The notes below the pieces were generated by a model that did not search any database, was not told the DNA's origin, and was given only the letters and a program-made list of their open reading frames with translations. A program made the translations under genes and the position numbers. Below, piece after piece: positions 51,468 to 63,800 of a stretch of DNA of 64,000 nucleotides. Each line of letters begins with the position of its first letter. Within the stretch, counting starts at the first letter, position 1. The stretch spans positions 37,760,001-37,824,000 of the forward strand of contig CM052817.1 of the NCBI GenBank assembly GCA_028534125.1, in the 5' to 3' direction. Origin of the DNA: Lama glama. Its lineage: Eukaryota.

Positions 51468-52169
51468 GTGAGTTTCAAGTTACTGCTTTGGTGCATTTCA
51501 TAACAAATGATTTTGCCCTAAGTCTTTAGTAATCTGTTACTTTAGTTATTCTCTCTCTAATTGATGTGTGAAAGTAGAACACTTTCTATGACATTACATA
51601 AAAGTATACACATTTTTAAAAAATGTAGGGTTTGAAGAGAAAACACACTTTAGATGGTGATTTAGAAATGGCAAACGCCACACGTTGGGAAAATAACTCC
51701 AGATTAAAAAAAGTCGTTTTTACTCTTAGCTAAACACTCTCAATTTACTGTTAAATCAAGTATTCAACAAGTGTTTATTGACTACTGTGTGCCTTTAATG
51801 TTCATACTATTAATCATAACCTCCAATAACATTTATTGAGTGTGTAAATTACTGTACTAAATGGAGTTAGTAGTTTGAAATGATTAATAGTCTGTTTATG
51901 TGCAGTTGAGCCAGGCTCTGCTGTGTGTTGTCTGGGGCTTGATAGTGCACTGAGGTAAGCTGCAGTGTTCAGAGAAAAAGGTTAGTTCAAGGTCATCTGA
52001 AGCAAGGAAGTAGCTTTGGAATGAAGAAAAATTTCTACATCTTAAGGCAAATTTTGAGAAAGATTATCTTATGAATTTTTCTCTAATTCTTCACTCTACT
52101 TCTCATATACCTACTATGTACCGTATGTACATATGCAATGTACTATATGGGTAAAAAGATTAGTAAAAC

Positions 52170-52845
52170 AGCATTTTTTAAATTATACAGTTTAAAAATT
52201 ATGCTTGTTTTAAGGTTATTACAAAATACTGGTTATATTTCCCTGTACAATATACCCCTATTTTAAAATCTATTTTATACAAGTATTTTGTATCTCTTAA
52301 TCCCATAACTTTATCTTGCATCTCTCCCTTCCACCTCCCCACTAGTAACTATTAGTTTGTTCTCTATACCTGTGAGTCTGCTTTTGTTTTGTTATATATT
52401 ATTTGTTTTATTTTTTAGATTCCACATATAAGTGATAACAGAGTATTTATATTTCTCTCTCTGACTTATTTCACTAAACTCAGTACCCTCTGGTTCTGTC
52501 TATGTTGCTGCAAATGGCAGAATTTCATTCTTTTTATGGCTGAGTAATAGTCCATTGTAAGACATTTTGACAGGTGTGAGGTAGTATCTCTCTTTTTTTG
52601 CATTCTCTTTTTTTTTGAAGTATAGTCAGTTTATAATGTTGTGTTATTTCTGGTGTGCAGTATAATGTTTCAGTCATACATATACATACATATATTCATT
52701 TTCAGTTTTTTTCATTATAGGTTCATTGTGGTTTTGATTTGCACTTTTTTGATGATTAGTGACACTGAACAGTTTTTCATGTGCCTATTGGCCATCTGTA
52801 TATCTTCTTTGGAAAAATATTCTGGCCATCTGCCCATTTTTAAAC
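52170..52845 (-). mobile_element. L1 3' region with internal deletion and a nested short younger L1 3' end (about 52595-52722)
   Basis: 3' UTR joins directly to GACAGGTGTGAGGTAGTATCTC|TCATTGTGGTTTTGATTTGC, which is split by a T-tailed L1 terminus. Confidence 0.8.
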
Positions 52846-54169
52846 TTCTTCTAAACTGAGTATTTTATTTATTTCATTAGTTTTATTTTCATAGAAATAC
52901 ATAATTTACTGCATCTAGTGTTATGTACCCTCTGTCAAGTAACTATGGCTGAAGAAACCTATCAAATAACCAGAAAGATAGACCCAGTTCATATGAAAAT
53001 ACACCCTCTAGGTATTTTTGTATCTTGTGAAGCTTCATGGGGACACACAGCACTTTTTTCTAAGAATAGCCATAAGTTTGGCTGAGTGACTTAAACATTT
53101 TACCTTTTTGCTCCTGAGAACAGTCATGCAAAGAAGGGATGGCTGGGTGGGACAGATAACACCGTTTATAGACATGGATGAGAAAAAAGAAAACTTTTTA
53201 ATATCTTTTGGTTTCTTCATTTACCTAAATTCTTTCCAGCCATAGGCACTGATTATTTTGCTCAAATGATTGTAGGTTTGCTTTCTTAACTATTTCTTAT
53301 ATTTTATCAGTTAAAAGGTATTACACAGATGTGAGTTATTGAGGTGTGTGGAAGAAGATGGTGATTATGATGAATGCTATCATTTTCCTTCCAGGCACTG
53401 GGCTAAGGACCATTAACTCATTCCATTCTCACAACACGTTTATGAATAGAGATTCTATTATTTGCTTGTTACAGGTGAGGAAACTGACACTTGGCTTAAA
53501 GTCACACAGCTAATAATCTACCAAGAACTGTAATACTAGGACTAAGTAAATGAGCATGATTAGGTCTGTAAAAAAAATTAGATGCCCACACATTCTGTGG
53601 TTCTAAGATTTGTTAGGATGGTAAACATCTATAGTATATTTTAAAAGCTACCTTTAATTTGCTGAAATAATTGTGTGTAGGTTTCCTACACTGAAAATTG
53701 AGGACAGTTCTATGTGTGCTGTGTCAATATGCAGATTTTCATTTGGTTCCTTTAAGGCTGGAAAGAATTCTGGAAGTTTGAATTTTCAAAATCAAATTAT
53801 GTTGGCACCTCTTTGGACTAAAGTCAAATATTTAATTAAAAGGATAAAATGTAGATATTAATGTTCAGAAGAACATAGCCACCTTTGCCTTTAATTGTTA
53901 TTTGAAGTGGACAGCCAGTTGTTCCATGTCACACTTATACAATATTGAACAGCCAGTTCTTTTAACCCCATAAAATAGTCCATGGTTGTATAAAAATTAT
54001 ATGAAATACGGTCTTACCTGTCATGATTATTGAACTCATAATTGGTTAAGCCAGACTCAGGAACCAGGAGCGCCAGCTAGATTGACCCAGAGGAGAACGA
54101 TCCAAGCAGAATGTGGTGCTCAGTGTTTCAACACCATGGTAGCAGGTAATAAGAGACTGAGCACAGCTG

Positions 54170-54395
54170 CTACTAGTGCTAACATTTACTGAGTGTTCAT
54201 CATATGCCAGGGCCCTTTTTTAAGTTTTAAGCACTTTAAAATACTAAACCATTCAATCGTCATACAAATTAGGTCTGTTATTACCCCCATTTTACAAACG
54301 AAGAAACGAAATCTCAAAAATGTTGAATAATTTGTTTAAGGCCACACAGTAACTGGTGACACTGGCAATTGACTCCAGGTAGTCTGGCTTCAGAA
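54170..54395 (-). mobile_element. MIR SINE
   Basis: GCTAACATTTACTGAGTG...CCCCATTTTACAAACGAAGAAAC...AGGTAGTCTGGCTTCAGA. Confidence 0.75.
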
Positions 54396-54599
54396 TAAGC
54401 ATGGGAAGTTTGTAATGAAGTATTGTGTAGCTGGTACGAAATGCAGTGACTCCTACAGTCAGTCAGAAGTGAGGACAATACAGAAATCCAGGGAGGCCTT
54501 GGGAAACATAGGTTTTTAGTTAAGTGTTGAAGTTTAGAAGCAGGCTGTAGTTTTGGAGAGGATTGACAAGGCTAAACCAAAGCCCCATATTCATGTTTC

Positions 54600-54635
54600 C
54601 TATGATTTCTATTTCCTCTTCTTCTTTAGGTGAGT
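54600..54635 (+). promoter_or_regulatory. Candidate recursive splice site (3' splice site immediately followed by 5' splice site)
   Basis: TTTCTATTTCCTCTTCTTCTTTAG|GTGAGT; AG at 54628-54629. Confidence 0.3.
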
Positions 54636-55084
54636 GCTGCCATGGGGAGTGATAGTGCAGATTTTCCCTGTATTGAGTGACTTTGTTTACATAGTGGCAA
54701 TAAGACCCATAGCACGGAGTGTGGGTCTCTCCCAATGGGGAGATGTTAAAAGTGCCTAAAAGCAGTAGCCAGTTCTCTGCTGCTCTGAGAAAATTCCTGG
54801 TTTCAAATTATATTAGAGTTAGCTAGATAAATTTAGAAACTTATTAAGGCAAAATGACAACAGATGAGACAAGATTAGGGCCAGAAAAACGTGTAAGGGG
54901 TTCAGGATTTGGGGTCATCCTTGCATGTAAGGCACTTTGTACGAATTAGAAAAAGTCACTCCTCCTTCCCAGAGCTAGTCTGATGAGTGGACTGTAAGAG
55001 GGGTTTCACCTCCACCTGCCCACTGGCCGGGGTCCCAGCTCTTTGAGGTCCTTTAGTTAACTTTGAATTAAAAATTGTTTCCTT

Positions 55085-56836
55085 GAATAGATTTAATGTA
55101 ATCCCTATCAAAATTTCAATGGCATTTTCACAGAAATACAAAAAACAATTCTAAAATTTGTATGGAGCCACAGAAGACCCCAGATAGCCAAGGCAATCCT
55201 GAGAAAGAATAACAAAGCTGGAGATATCATACTTATGATTTGAAACTGTATTAGCAAAGTAATCAAAACATTATAGTAATGGCATAAAAATAGACACATA
55301 GACCAATGAAACAATCAAGAGAAATAAACCTTTGAATCTATGGTCAACTAATATTTGACAAAGGAGCCAAGAGTATTCAATAGGGAAAATACTCAATAAA
55401 AAGTGCTGAGAAAACTGAAACTGGATAATCACATGCAGAAGAATGAAATTGGACCCTTATCTTACACTGCTAACAAAAATGAACTCAAAATGGTTAACAA
55501 CTTAAATATAAGACCCGAAACTGCAAAATGCCTAGAAGAAAACATAGGAAAAATCTCCTTGACATTGGTCTTGTCAATGTTTTTTTTTTTTTTTGATATG
55601 ACACTGAAAGTGCAGTAACAAAAGCAAAAACCAACAAGTGGGACTGTATTAAACTAAAAAGCTTCTGCGCAGCAAAAGACACAGTCAACAAAATGAAAAG
55701 GCAGCCTATGAAATGGAAGAGGATGTTTGTAAGTCATGTATCTGGTAAGGGATTAATATCCAAAAATATGTAAAGAACTCATACAACTCAATAGCAAAAA
55801 CCAAACAACCCTATTAAAAAACAGGCAGAGGAACTGAATAGATAGTGTTCCAAAAACATACAAATGGCTAACAGGCACATGAAAAAGCACACAACATCCC
55901 TAGTCATCAGGGAGATGCAGGTCAAAACCACAGTGAGAGATCACCTGATACCTGTTGGAATGGCTATTATCAAAAGAGCAAGAGAAAACAAGTGTTGATG
56001 ACGGTGTGGAGAAAAAGAATCCTGTGTGCACTATTGATGGGAATGTAAATTGGTACAGCCACTATGGAAAATTGTATGGAGGTTCCTTAAAAAATTAAAA
56101 ATAGAACTACCATATGACTCAGCAATCCCACTTCTGGGCATATATACAAAGGAATTGAAATCAGGATCTTGTAGAGATACCTGTCTTCCCATGTTCATTG
56201 CAGCATTATTCACAGTAATCAAGATAAGAAAACAATGTGTCTGTCAGATGGATGAATGGATAAAGAAAATATGATGTATATATAGATACAGATATATGTA
56301 TATCTATATACTGTTCAGCCATGAGAAAGAAAGAAATCCTGCCATTTGTGACAACTTGAATGAAACTTTAGGGCATTATGCTAAGTGAAATAGGTAAGAA
56401 AGGAAGAGGCAAATACTTACATATTACTTATATGTGGAATTTAAAAAGCTGAATTGAACAAAGTAAAGAGTAGAATAGTGATTAACAGGGGTTGGAGGGT
56501 GAATAAAATGGAACGATATTAGTCAAAGAGTACAAACTTCCAATTATAAGGTAAATAAGTTCTGGGGATCTAATGTACAGCATGGTGATTATAGCTAATA
56601 ATACTGAATTATATACTTGAAAGCTGCTAAGAGAGTAGATCTTAAATATTCTCACCACAATAAAGGAATGGTAATTATGTGATGGGATGGAGGTGTTAGC
56701 TACACTATGGTGGTAATCATTTGCAATATATAAATGTATCAAACCAACACATTGTGCACCTTAAACTCACACCATTTTATATATCAATTATATCTCAATA
56801 AAGCTGAACGAAAAAGCAAAGTGCAAAAGAGCAAAA
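55085..56836 (+). mobile_element. 5'-truncated L1 (L1MA9-like), ORF2 C-terminus plus 3' UTR
   Basis: ORF2 motifs ([22 protein letters not shown]), AATAAA and A-tail; imperfect TSD AAAATTGTTTCCTT / AAAAAAGTTTCCTT at a TT|AAAA site. Confidence 0.95.
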
Positions 56837-57464
56837 AAAAAAGTTTCCTTCTCACCAGCTTTTACCAGTAGAGAAGTATGATTATATTTCTAGCCTAGCC
56901 AGGGGAAAGAAGAAGAAAAAGAAAAGAAAAGACATTAAATGTCTACCTCTTCGTAGGCTCAAATTTCTTCTGTATTTCTTCTGGCTTCTTGTGCTTTCCT
57001 GGCTGGCCTCTTGGCTGTGGGGGAAGAAAAGGAAAACTCCTTTTTTCATGATGTAATTAGCACTTCCCCTGGCACTGGCTCCTGAATTTCTGCCAATTCA
57101 TTCTCCATGAGTTTTCTGCTAGATCCTTTCTTTCACACCAAATGGATTCCCTTATCAACCAGCTCTAATAGGTGACAGAAGGAATGGTTGGACTAGATCT
57201 TAAAAAATGGCTTAATGTGGAGACTATAGTTTTTAATGTCCCAAATCAGCAAACATGACAACTACACGTGTTTTTGTTGGGACAGTAATAGCTACCTTCC
57301 ACTGATTGCTGTAGGTCACATACTATGAAATGCTTTATACAAAAACAACAACAAATGAGCATCAAATACAATGTGTCAGGATCATGCCAGACTCCTGAAT
57401 AGGAGTTTCTTATTTAATCCATCTAAACCATTCTAGGAAGTACGTAATATCACTATTCTTATTG

Positions 57465-58078
57465 TCTTTTTTAAAACCATTTTTTAAATTGAAGTGTAGT
57501 TAATTTACAATGTTGTGTTAGTTTCAGGTGTACAGCAAAGTGATTCAGTTTATATATATATATAAACTGAATATAAACTTTTTCAGATTCTTTTCCATTA
57601 TTGATTATTACAAGATATTGAATATGGTTCTCTGTGCTATATATTAGGTCCTTGTTGTTTATCTGTTTTATATATAGTAGTGTGTATATGTTAAGCCCTA
57701 ATTTATACCTTCTCCTCCCCATCCACTACTTTCCATAAGTTTGTTTTCTATGTCTGTGAGTCTACTTCTGTTTTGTAAAAATGTTCATTTGTAAATTTTT
57801 TGATTCCACATATAAGTGATATCATATGATATTTACCTTTTTCTGTCTGACTTACTTCATTTAATATGATAATCTCTAGATCCATCCATGTTGCTGCAAG
57901 TGGCATTATTTCATTCTTTTCTTACAGCTGAGTAACATTCCGTTTTGTATATGTATCACAACTTTTTTATCCAGTCATCCGTTGACAGACATTTAGGTTG
58001 TTTCCATGTCTTGGCTATTATAAATGGTTCTGCTATGAACATTGGGGTGCGTGTATCTTTTCAAATTAGAGTTTCCTT
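57465..58078 (-). mobile_element. 5'-truncated L1 3' end
   Basis: TTGAAGTGTAGTTAATTTACAATGTTG through GCTATGAACATTGGGGTGC. Confidence 0.92.
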
Positions 58079-58484
58079 CACACTCTCTCTACTTTCTTGT
58101 TCAAGGTCATAGGGTTAGCAGCCTATTCATGGAGATTTAGCCCAGGTAGCTTGTCTCCAGTGCAGGGACCTTTAACTACTATACTGTTCTTACTGTCTGG
58201 CTACTGAGATAGAGTTTGAAACCAGGACTTTCAACATCTGGGGCATATATTGTACCTTTAAGATTCCTTCAAATGGTGTGAAACAAGATTTCTATGGATT
58301 TGCCCTTCTCTACTTACAGACTGTCTTCCTCTGAAATAGTTTTGCTCCTTTTCAAGTGGGGCTGAACATGGTAGGATCAAACTGTCATAACTCAACTTTA
58401 AAACTGAACTTAAAGAGATAATAAAGAGAGTTTTAAACAGTGGTAAAATACTTTCTTTGTAATAAATAACAATAAGAAAACATC

Positions 58485-58608
58485 ACCTTTAATGAAAAAG
58501 AATATGAAAATGAATATATATATTTACATGCATGACTGGGACATTGTGCTGTACACCAGAAATTGACACATTATAACTGACTATACTTCAGTAGTAATAA
58601 AAAAAAAA
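58485..58608 (+). mobile_element. Very short L1 3' end
   Basis: GCTGTACACCAGAAATTGACACATTATAACTGACTATACTTCA plus A-tail. Confidence 0.8.
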
Positions 58609-58793
58609 GTAAGTGGCTTCCAAGGAAACTGCAAGGCAGCTAATCCCACCACTAAATTTTTCTTTCAGAGAGCAATATCTGTTACATGCTGAGTAACATC
58701 TTATACAATTAGAAAGCTTATTGTAATTTTTAAATGTGAATTGATTCAAACAGATTTATTATAGAAATTAAGTCAACTGTTAACCATATCCTA

Positions 58794-58830
58794 ATCTCTT
58801 CTCTGCCTTTTGGCTAAAATCAAGTGTAGT
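58794..58830 (+). pseudogene. 3'-truncated U2 snRNA retropseudogene (U2 nt 1-37)
   Basis: ATCTCTTCTCTGCCTTTTGGCTAAAATCAAGTGTAGT matches the U2 5' end at 34/37 by eye; 19-bp direct repeats at 58775-58793 and 58831-58849. Confidence 0.9.
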
Positions 58831-58956
58831 AACCGTTAGCCACATCCTGATTTGAGTACATTAATATGGGCTTTGGGATTCAAAGTTATTTTCTGTTATG
58901 CTGTCATATCTTTGTGGTGACTTACTACCCAGTAAGTTAAACCTCTCCTCTACTTG

Positions 58957-59043
58957 AAAAAAGAAAGAAAGAAAAGAAAAAAAAAAAAAAAAGAAAGGAA
59001 AGAAAGGGAGAAAGGGAAGGAGGGGGGGGAGGGAAGGAGGAAA
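58957..59043. repeat. A/G-rich low-complexity tract
   Basis: Seen directly. Confidence 0.85.
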
Positions 59044-59098
59044 TCATTATGATCCCTTGCTAATTTTTCCTGTACATTACTATAATAATGCTTTCAGG

Positions 59099-59246
59099 TG
59101 GGGGGAAGGCATAGCTCAAGTGGTAGAGTGCATGCTCAGCATGCACAAGGCGCTAGGTTCAATCCCCAGCACCTCCTCTAAAAAAAAAAAAAATGAACTT
59201 AATCACCTCCTTCCCCCAAACTTAAAAAAAAAAAACAATAATAGAC
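59099..59246 (+). mobile_element. tRNA-derived SINE (vic-1-like)
   Basis: A/B boxes; perfect 15-bp TSD AATAATGCTTTCAGG at 59084-59098 and 59247-59261. Confidence 0.93.
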
Positions 59247-60144
59247 AATAATGCTTTCAGGGCTTGAAAGATGTCTGCTCCCTCTTAATACGACATTTGT
59301 CATGAGAAACTGTACTAAACATGGATGTGGGAAAGAAATGCATTAGCGGAAGGGCACCATAAGAAACACTCAACAAAAAAGAGAAAAAAAATCAGTTAAT
59401 AATGTCAGAGAAGAGGTGAGCTTTTGTCAGAAACTTGTCTAATCCTAAGGCGTATCACTGAAATTTCTAACACAGTGACAAAATAATGATAGGTTAGCAG
59501 TAACTTTGCACATGATGTGATTGTGAGATGTGAGAAATATATGTTTGTATACGTGTGTATTATTTGTGTATTAGCAACACATACAACAAAAGAATTAGCT
59601 GCATCATGTTTTTCAGCGTTTTAGTTCCCCATACTTCTTTACATCTCAGCTAAGTGCTTTTTTGGGTAGAAACTATAAAATTTAATATGTATTATGGAAA
59701 ATTTTAAATAAATGTCTTTTAAAGGTATTATCAAGTTTCAGTTCTTTTCTAATATTGCTAAGCAGAATTAGCTGTTTCCTTCTCTGTGTCCTCATTGTAT
59801 TAGTTCATGCCACTGGGACAGCATCTGTCAAAATATATTACAGCTCAGGAACCACCTCAAACTGTGAGGACATAAAGGCCAGAGACTGGCTTGCTCATCT
59901 TACACTCCCAGCACCCACTAGTGCACCTACTGCATGTTAGGTGCTCAGTACTGGACTTGTTGAATGAATGAATTGATAAAGCCGTATTGGGTGCAGGTTG
60001 CAGTTACAAGTGATTCTTGCCCTCGGACTACTCATGGTACAAAAGGGGAGATTGTATATTGCTTATTAATAATAAAGGACATTAATACTGGAAGTAAAAA
60101 TGTACTAAGTAAGAATCTTGACTTACATTTGAATTCAACCTTAA

Positions 60145-60375
60145 GAGAGGCAGAACTGTGCAGTGACTAGGGTCATGGAGTTCTGTAGGTGTTACTTGGG
60201 TTCAGTCTCAGCTCTGCTGTTTGCTAACAGCCTGACTGAGCTTCCGTCTCCTCATCTTAAGGGCGGATATTGATAATAATACTATGTACCGCATACAGTT
60301 GTTATGAATTTAAATGAATTAGCTCTCTTAGAGTGGTGGAAACAGCATCTGGCATATAATAAATAGTCATAATTA
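60145..60375 (+). mobile_element. MIR SINE
   Basis: GGGTTCAGTCTCAGCTCTGC...CTCCTCATCT...CTGGCATATAAT. Confidence 0.65.
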
Positions 60376-60988
60376 TCTTTGGACTTAAAAAAGTATTTAG
60401 AAGTAATACACAAGATCTTGGGACTTTTTTTTAAGGATTTAGAAGTAATATACTGCGGGCATCTTTCTTGAAATAGCTTGTATAGAATACTTAGTGTTGC
60501 AGTAACATAGTGGATATTTACTGTCTCATTACTGTGAATGGGTGCATTTTGAGTTGTTTTCCAGAAGTGGTGGGAGATTTATGCGCCCTTTCATTTTGAA
60601 GAGCAAAGTTTCCCCACAGATTATGCAAAAGTGGACACAGATGTGTGGAAATACTGATTCCCCTCAATCACTGGGTTATGCCTGAGGGTGGCCCAGAGTC
60701 CTTGGCTGTTGTCTCAGCTTGGTGCGACCTCATCCACTGTCCCAGAGTATCATGTGGGGATTGTTTTCTGTGTGAGCCAAGATCTGGTAAAGGTTAGGAA
60801 GCTCTGTCATAGTAACTCTGAATTTCACTTCACTTTTTAAAATAAATGGGATCCTACTCAAGATAGAAAATGTGCTAGAATGTCAAACAAATACAGTATT
60901 TTCGCCTGGTATCCCTTTCCATAGATAATTATGTTTCCTGAGTTTTTAGTTCCCAAGTTTGCTTCATCTTCTTTTTTTTGGCTTTTAT

Positions 60989-60989
<1 letters not shown>

Positions 60990-61042
<53 letters not shown>
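60990..61042. repeat. (TATC)n microsatellite in an L1 tail
   Basis: Seen directly; abuts an antisense L1 3' terminus. Confidence 0.95.
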
Positions 61043-61044
<2 letters not shown>

Positions 61045-61170
61045 ATTAAGTATAGCCAGTTTGCAATGTTGTATCCATTTCTGGTGTAAAGCATAAGGTT
61101 TCAGTCATACATATATATACATAAATTCGTTTTCATATTCGTTTTTTATTATAGGTTACTACAAGATATC
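61043..61170 (-). mobile_element. Very short L1 3' end
   Basis: AAGTATAGCCAGTTTGCAATGTTG...TTATAGGTTACTACAAGATA. Confidence 0.85.
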
Positions 61171-61222
61171 CTTAAGCCTACTAAGTCATGGTTTCCCAAC
61201 TTGTAAAAATCATACACCACTG

Positions 61223-61310
61223 GGGGTCAGAGGGTATAGCTTAGTGGTAGAGCATGTGCTTGGCATGCACGAGGTTCTGGGTTCAATCCCCAGCACCTTT
61301 GTTAAGGGGA
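61223..61310 (+). mobile_element. tRNA-derived SINE (vic-1-like, short tail)
   Basis: GGGTATAGCTTAGTGGTAGAGC...GGGTTCAATCCCCAGCACC; 18-bp TSD AAAAATYATACACCACTG at 61205 and 61311. Confidence 0.9.
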
Positions 61311-62797
61311 AAAAATTATACACCACTGTTAATTTAAAAATCCTTTTTAATATTATTTGAGATAAAAGCAAACATTTTAAAATGAAAAAAAAAAACCAAA
61401 GGGTAAATAATTATTTTACTTTCAAACTATACATGTTTTCCTAATTTTGATATATCCCTTGGAGATATATCCTGTCTTTAAAAAATCACTAAATAAATGC
61501 TTTAGTTTTAAAATAGTGATAAACTAAGTAAGTATGAACAAATGACACACTATTATTTGCTCAAAGAGAAATAATTTCAAATATCACCAGTTCCTGTTTC
61601 TTTTAGTTTCTGATGTTCTCCTTTTTCACTAACATGTTTTAAGTGTTATGCTCTTAATGTTGCAATAATAGAGTGCAACTTTAATACCCGTTAAGAGGTC
61701 CTTCGCCTTATGTGAGTTAGTGAGACATAAAGAAGTTAAGAAAGATACTTAAGTTCACATAGAGAGTTACTATAGAACTTAAGTCATGTCTCTATTATTG
61801 TCCCTGGTGTCACGGAGAGCCTCCAGATTTGTTTTCATTTTCTGTCATTCTGCTTTAAGTCTCTGAGTATGACCAAGACCCACAGATTTAATGATAGTGT
61901 CTCACAGAGATTAAGTAAAGAATACTTATCTTAGCATCACGACATAGATTGGTTCTTTGCAAAGAAGCTGAAAATATTCCTTGATTCCTTCAGAAAAAAG
62001 CTGTACTCAAAACAATGGAACAAAAAGCTACTGCAGTATTTAAAATATTCAGCTGGTTAATGTTTGCCTGGTAGTAGTTCTGTTAGAAACATTGCTTTCT
62101 TTCTTTTTGATCATAAATATTACTGTTATAGCTAATCGTAAATGGTTTTCTCAGCTTATGAAAGTTGTAGGATTGTCAAAATCAATTTACATAATCAAAT
62201 TTATGATTCTATAATATATTCTTTTCCTTTTTATTTGTAAAGGTTAGTAAAGTATTTCTTTAAGAAAAAAAGCAAACTTGATATAAAAGAGGAACCTGTA
62301 AGAAATAAAATAAGATGGCCAAAAATTTGAGTTGAATTTATTGAAATAAATAACCACAGGTTTATGTGGTAGGCATTTCAAATTATCTTGTTAAATTGTC
62401 TCAACTTTTAAATCAAAGCTATGCTTGAAGGAAAAAAGTTCCATTTATTTTTGTCTCTTGATAAAAGGTCAAAATATACCTATTTTTTATCAACACATTT
62501 GAACTTGATTTCTATTTAAAGAATTTTAAATACATATTGATAATCCTCATTAAATCTGGCAAGTGTGCTTTGCCTTGAAGTCAGCTTCTGCAGGAACTCA
62601 TGTTCAAAGATGTAAGTCTAACTCCAAAGGCCTTGAATAGCAGACTACAGAAACTTAGGTTATACTTTCTGTGTACAGAAATCTTATATGTAGCTTGTCA
62701 CAGAGCAAAAGTTCCTGAAAGTAATCTTTGTACTTCTCTCCATCTCCCCCAGTTTCACACTCACATTACCTGAAAACTGGGTTTGCCTCTTGGTGAG

Positions 62798-63418
62798 TGT
62801 TGAGCCAAGAGACACAGCCAAGTCAAAGATAGGAAGAAGGAAGGATTTTAGTACTTGCAACAAATAAGGAGAACAGGGGGATATTTCCCAAAGCAGTGTC
62901 TCTCAAACCGCTACTTGGGGGAAGTTTTAAGCTAAAGATGCATGCATATTTAGGAGAATTCAGCGTAGAATTGGGGCAAAAGTCATTGTAGGTTGACAGA
63001 GCCCATGTCCTTGTTGACTGGAGCCATGAAGGCCAGCATGGGCCAGCATTATCCATTCTCCGGCTTCAGCTAGTTAGGTGGTTGTGTGCTCAAGGGGGTT
63101 TGAATCCTGTAAAACAGCTCAGGAACGTGCATCAGGCTAATCTTCACCTTTGAAACAGAACTGGGAGTCTTAACAACTGATTTTTTTGTGTATCTGATAT
63201 GGTTAAGAAATTTCCTGGCTTGGTAATAGCTGTATGCTCTTGAACATTCTGTTTTTCTTTTAAAAATCACTACCTACTGAGACTTGTTCTTCTGCATGGA
63301 CAAGCATTGTGGCCAGGCTTAGATCACAAAATGGCTTAGCCCTAAAATGGCTTCTCTTATGTCAAGAAAGCTACGTCTGGTTCTTCGTCTCTGGGGACCC
63401 CCTATTCTATCTGCCTAT
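62798..63418 (-). mobile_element. ERV1-class solo LTR
   Basis: TGTTGAGCC start; GGGGACCCCTATTCTATCTGCCT end; about 620 bp. Confidence 0.65.
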
Positions 63419-63721
63419 AATAATAACTGCTAGAAACCTTTCCTGTCCTTCTAAAAAAATCCCCTCCCCAACCCATTGTCAGTGTCCACTTCTTCTTCAC
63501 CCCTCTCCTCTTCTGAGCCAAACTGTGGTCCTTCCTGCTGCTCAAAGTCCCCTCAGAGAATTTGTTCATTCATTCAGCAGGCATTTATTGAGCACCTACT
63601 GTGTATCTGACATCATCCTTAGTAGTGGGAATGGAGTGGAGAATTATAATCCCCATTTTATCTGTTAAACATTTTTTCTTTTTCCAGATTACAAAAGATC
63701 CAACTCAAACTGCCTTATCAG

Positions 63722-63722
63722 G

Positions 63723-63769
<47 letters not shown>

Positions 63770-63800
63770 ATAAATAAACAAATAAATAAATAAATAAAAA
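63722..63800. repeat. (GATA)n(AATA)n compound microsatellite inside an old MLT1-like LTR
   Basis: Seen directly; preceded by CCAACTCAAACTGCCTTA, an MLT1K/L-like motif. Confidence 0.9.

Noticed and set aside
54010..54180. Minus-strand CAG|GTAAG donor near 54013
   Set aside because: No convincing acceptor or recognisable reading frame upstream.
59099..59180. tRNA-like sequences with A/B boxes (also near 3230, 25685, 47790, 61230)
   Set aside because: They have SINE tails and/or TSDs and differ from each other; SINEs, not tRNA genes.
62215..62252. AAG|GTTAGT possible recursive site
   Set aside because: AAG acceptor and weaker donor in very T-rich DNA; expected by chance.
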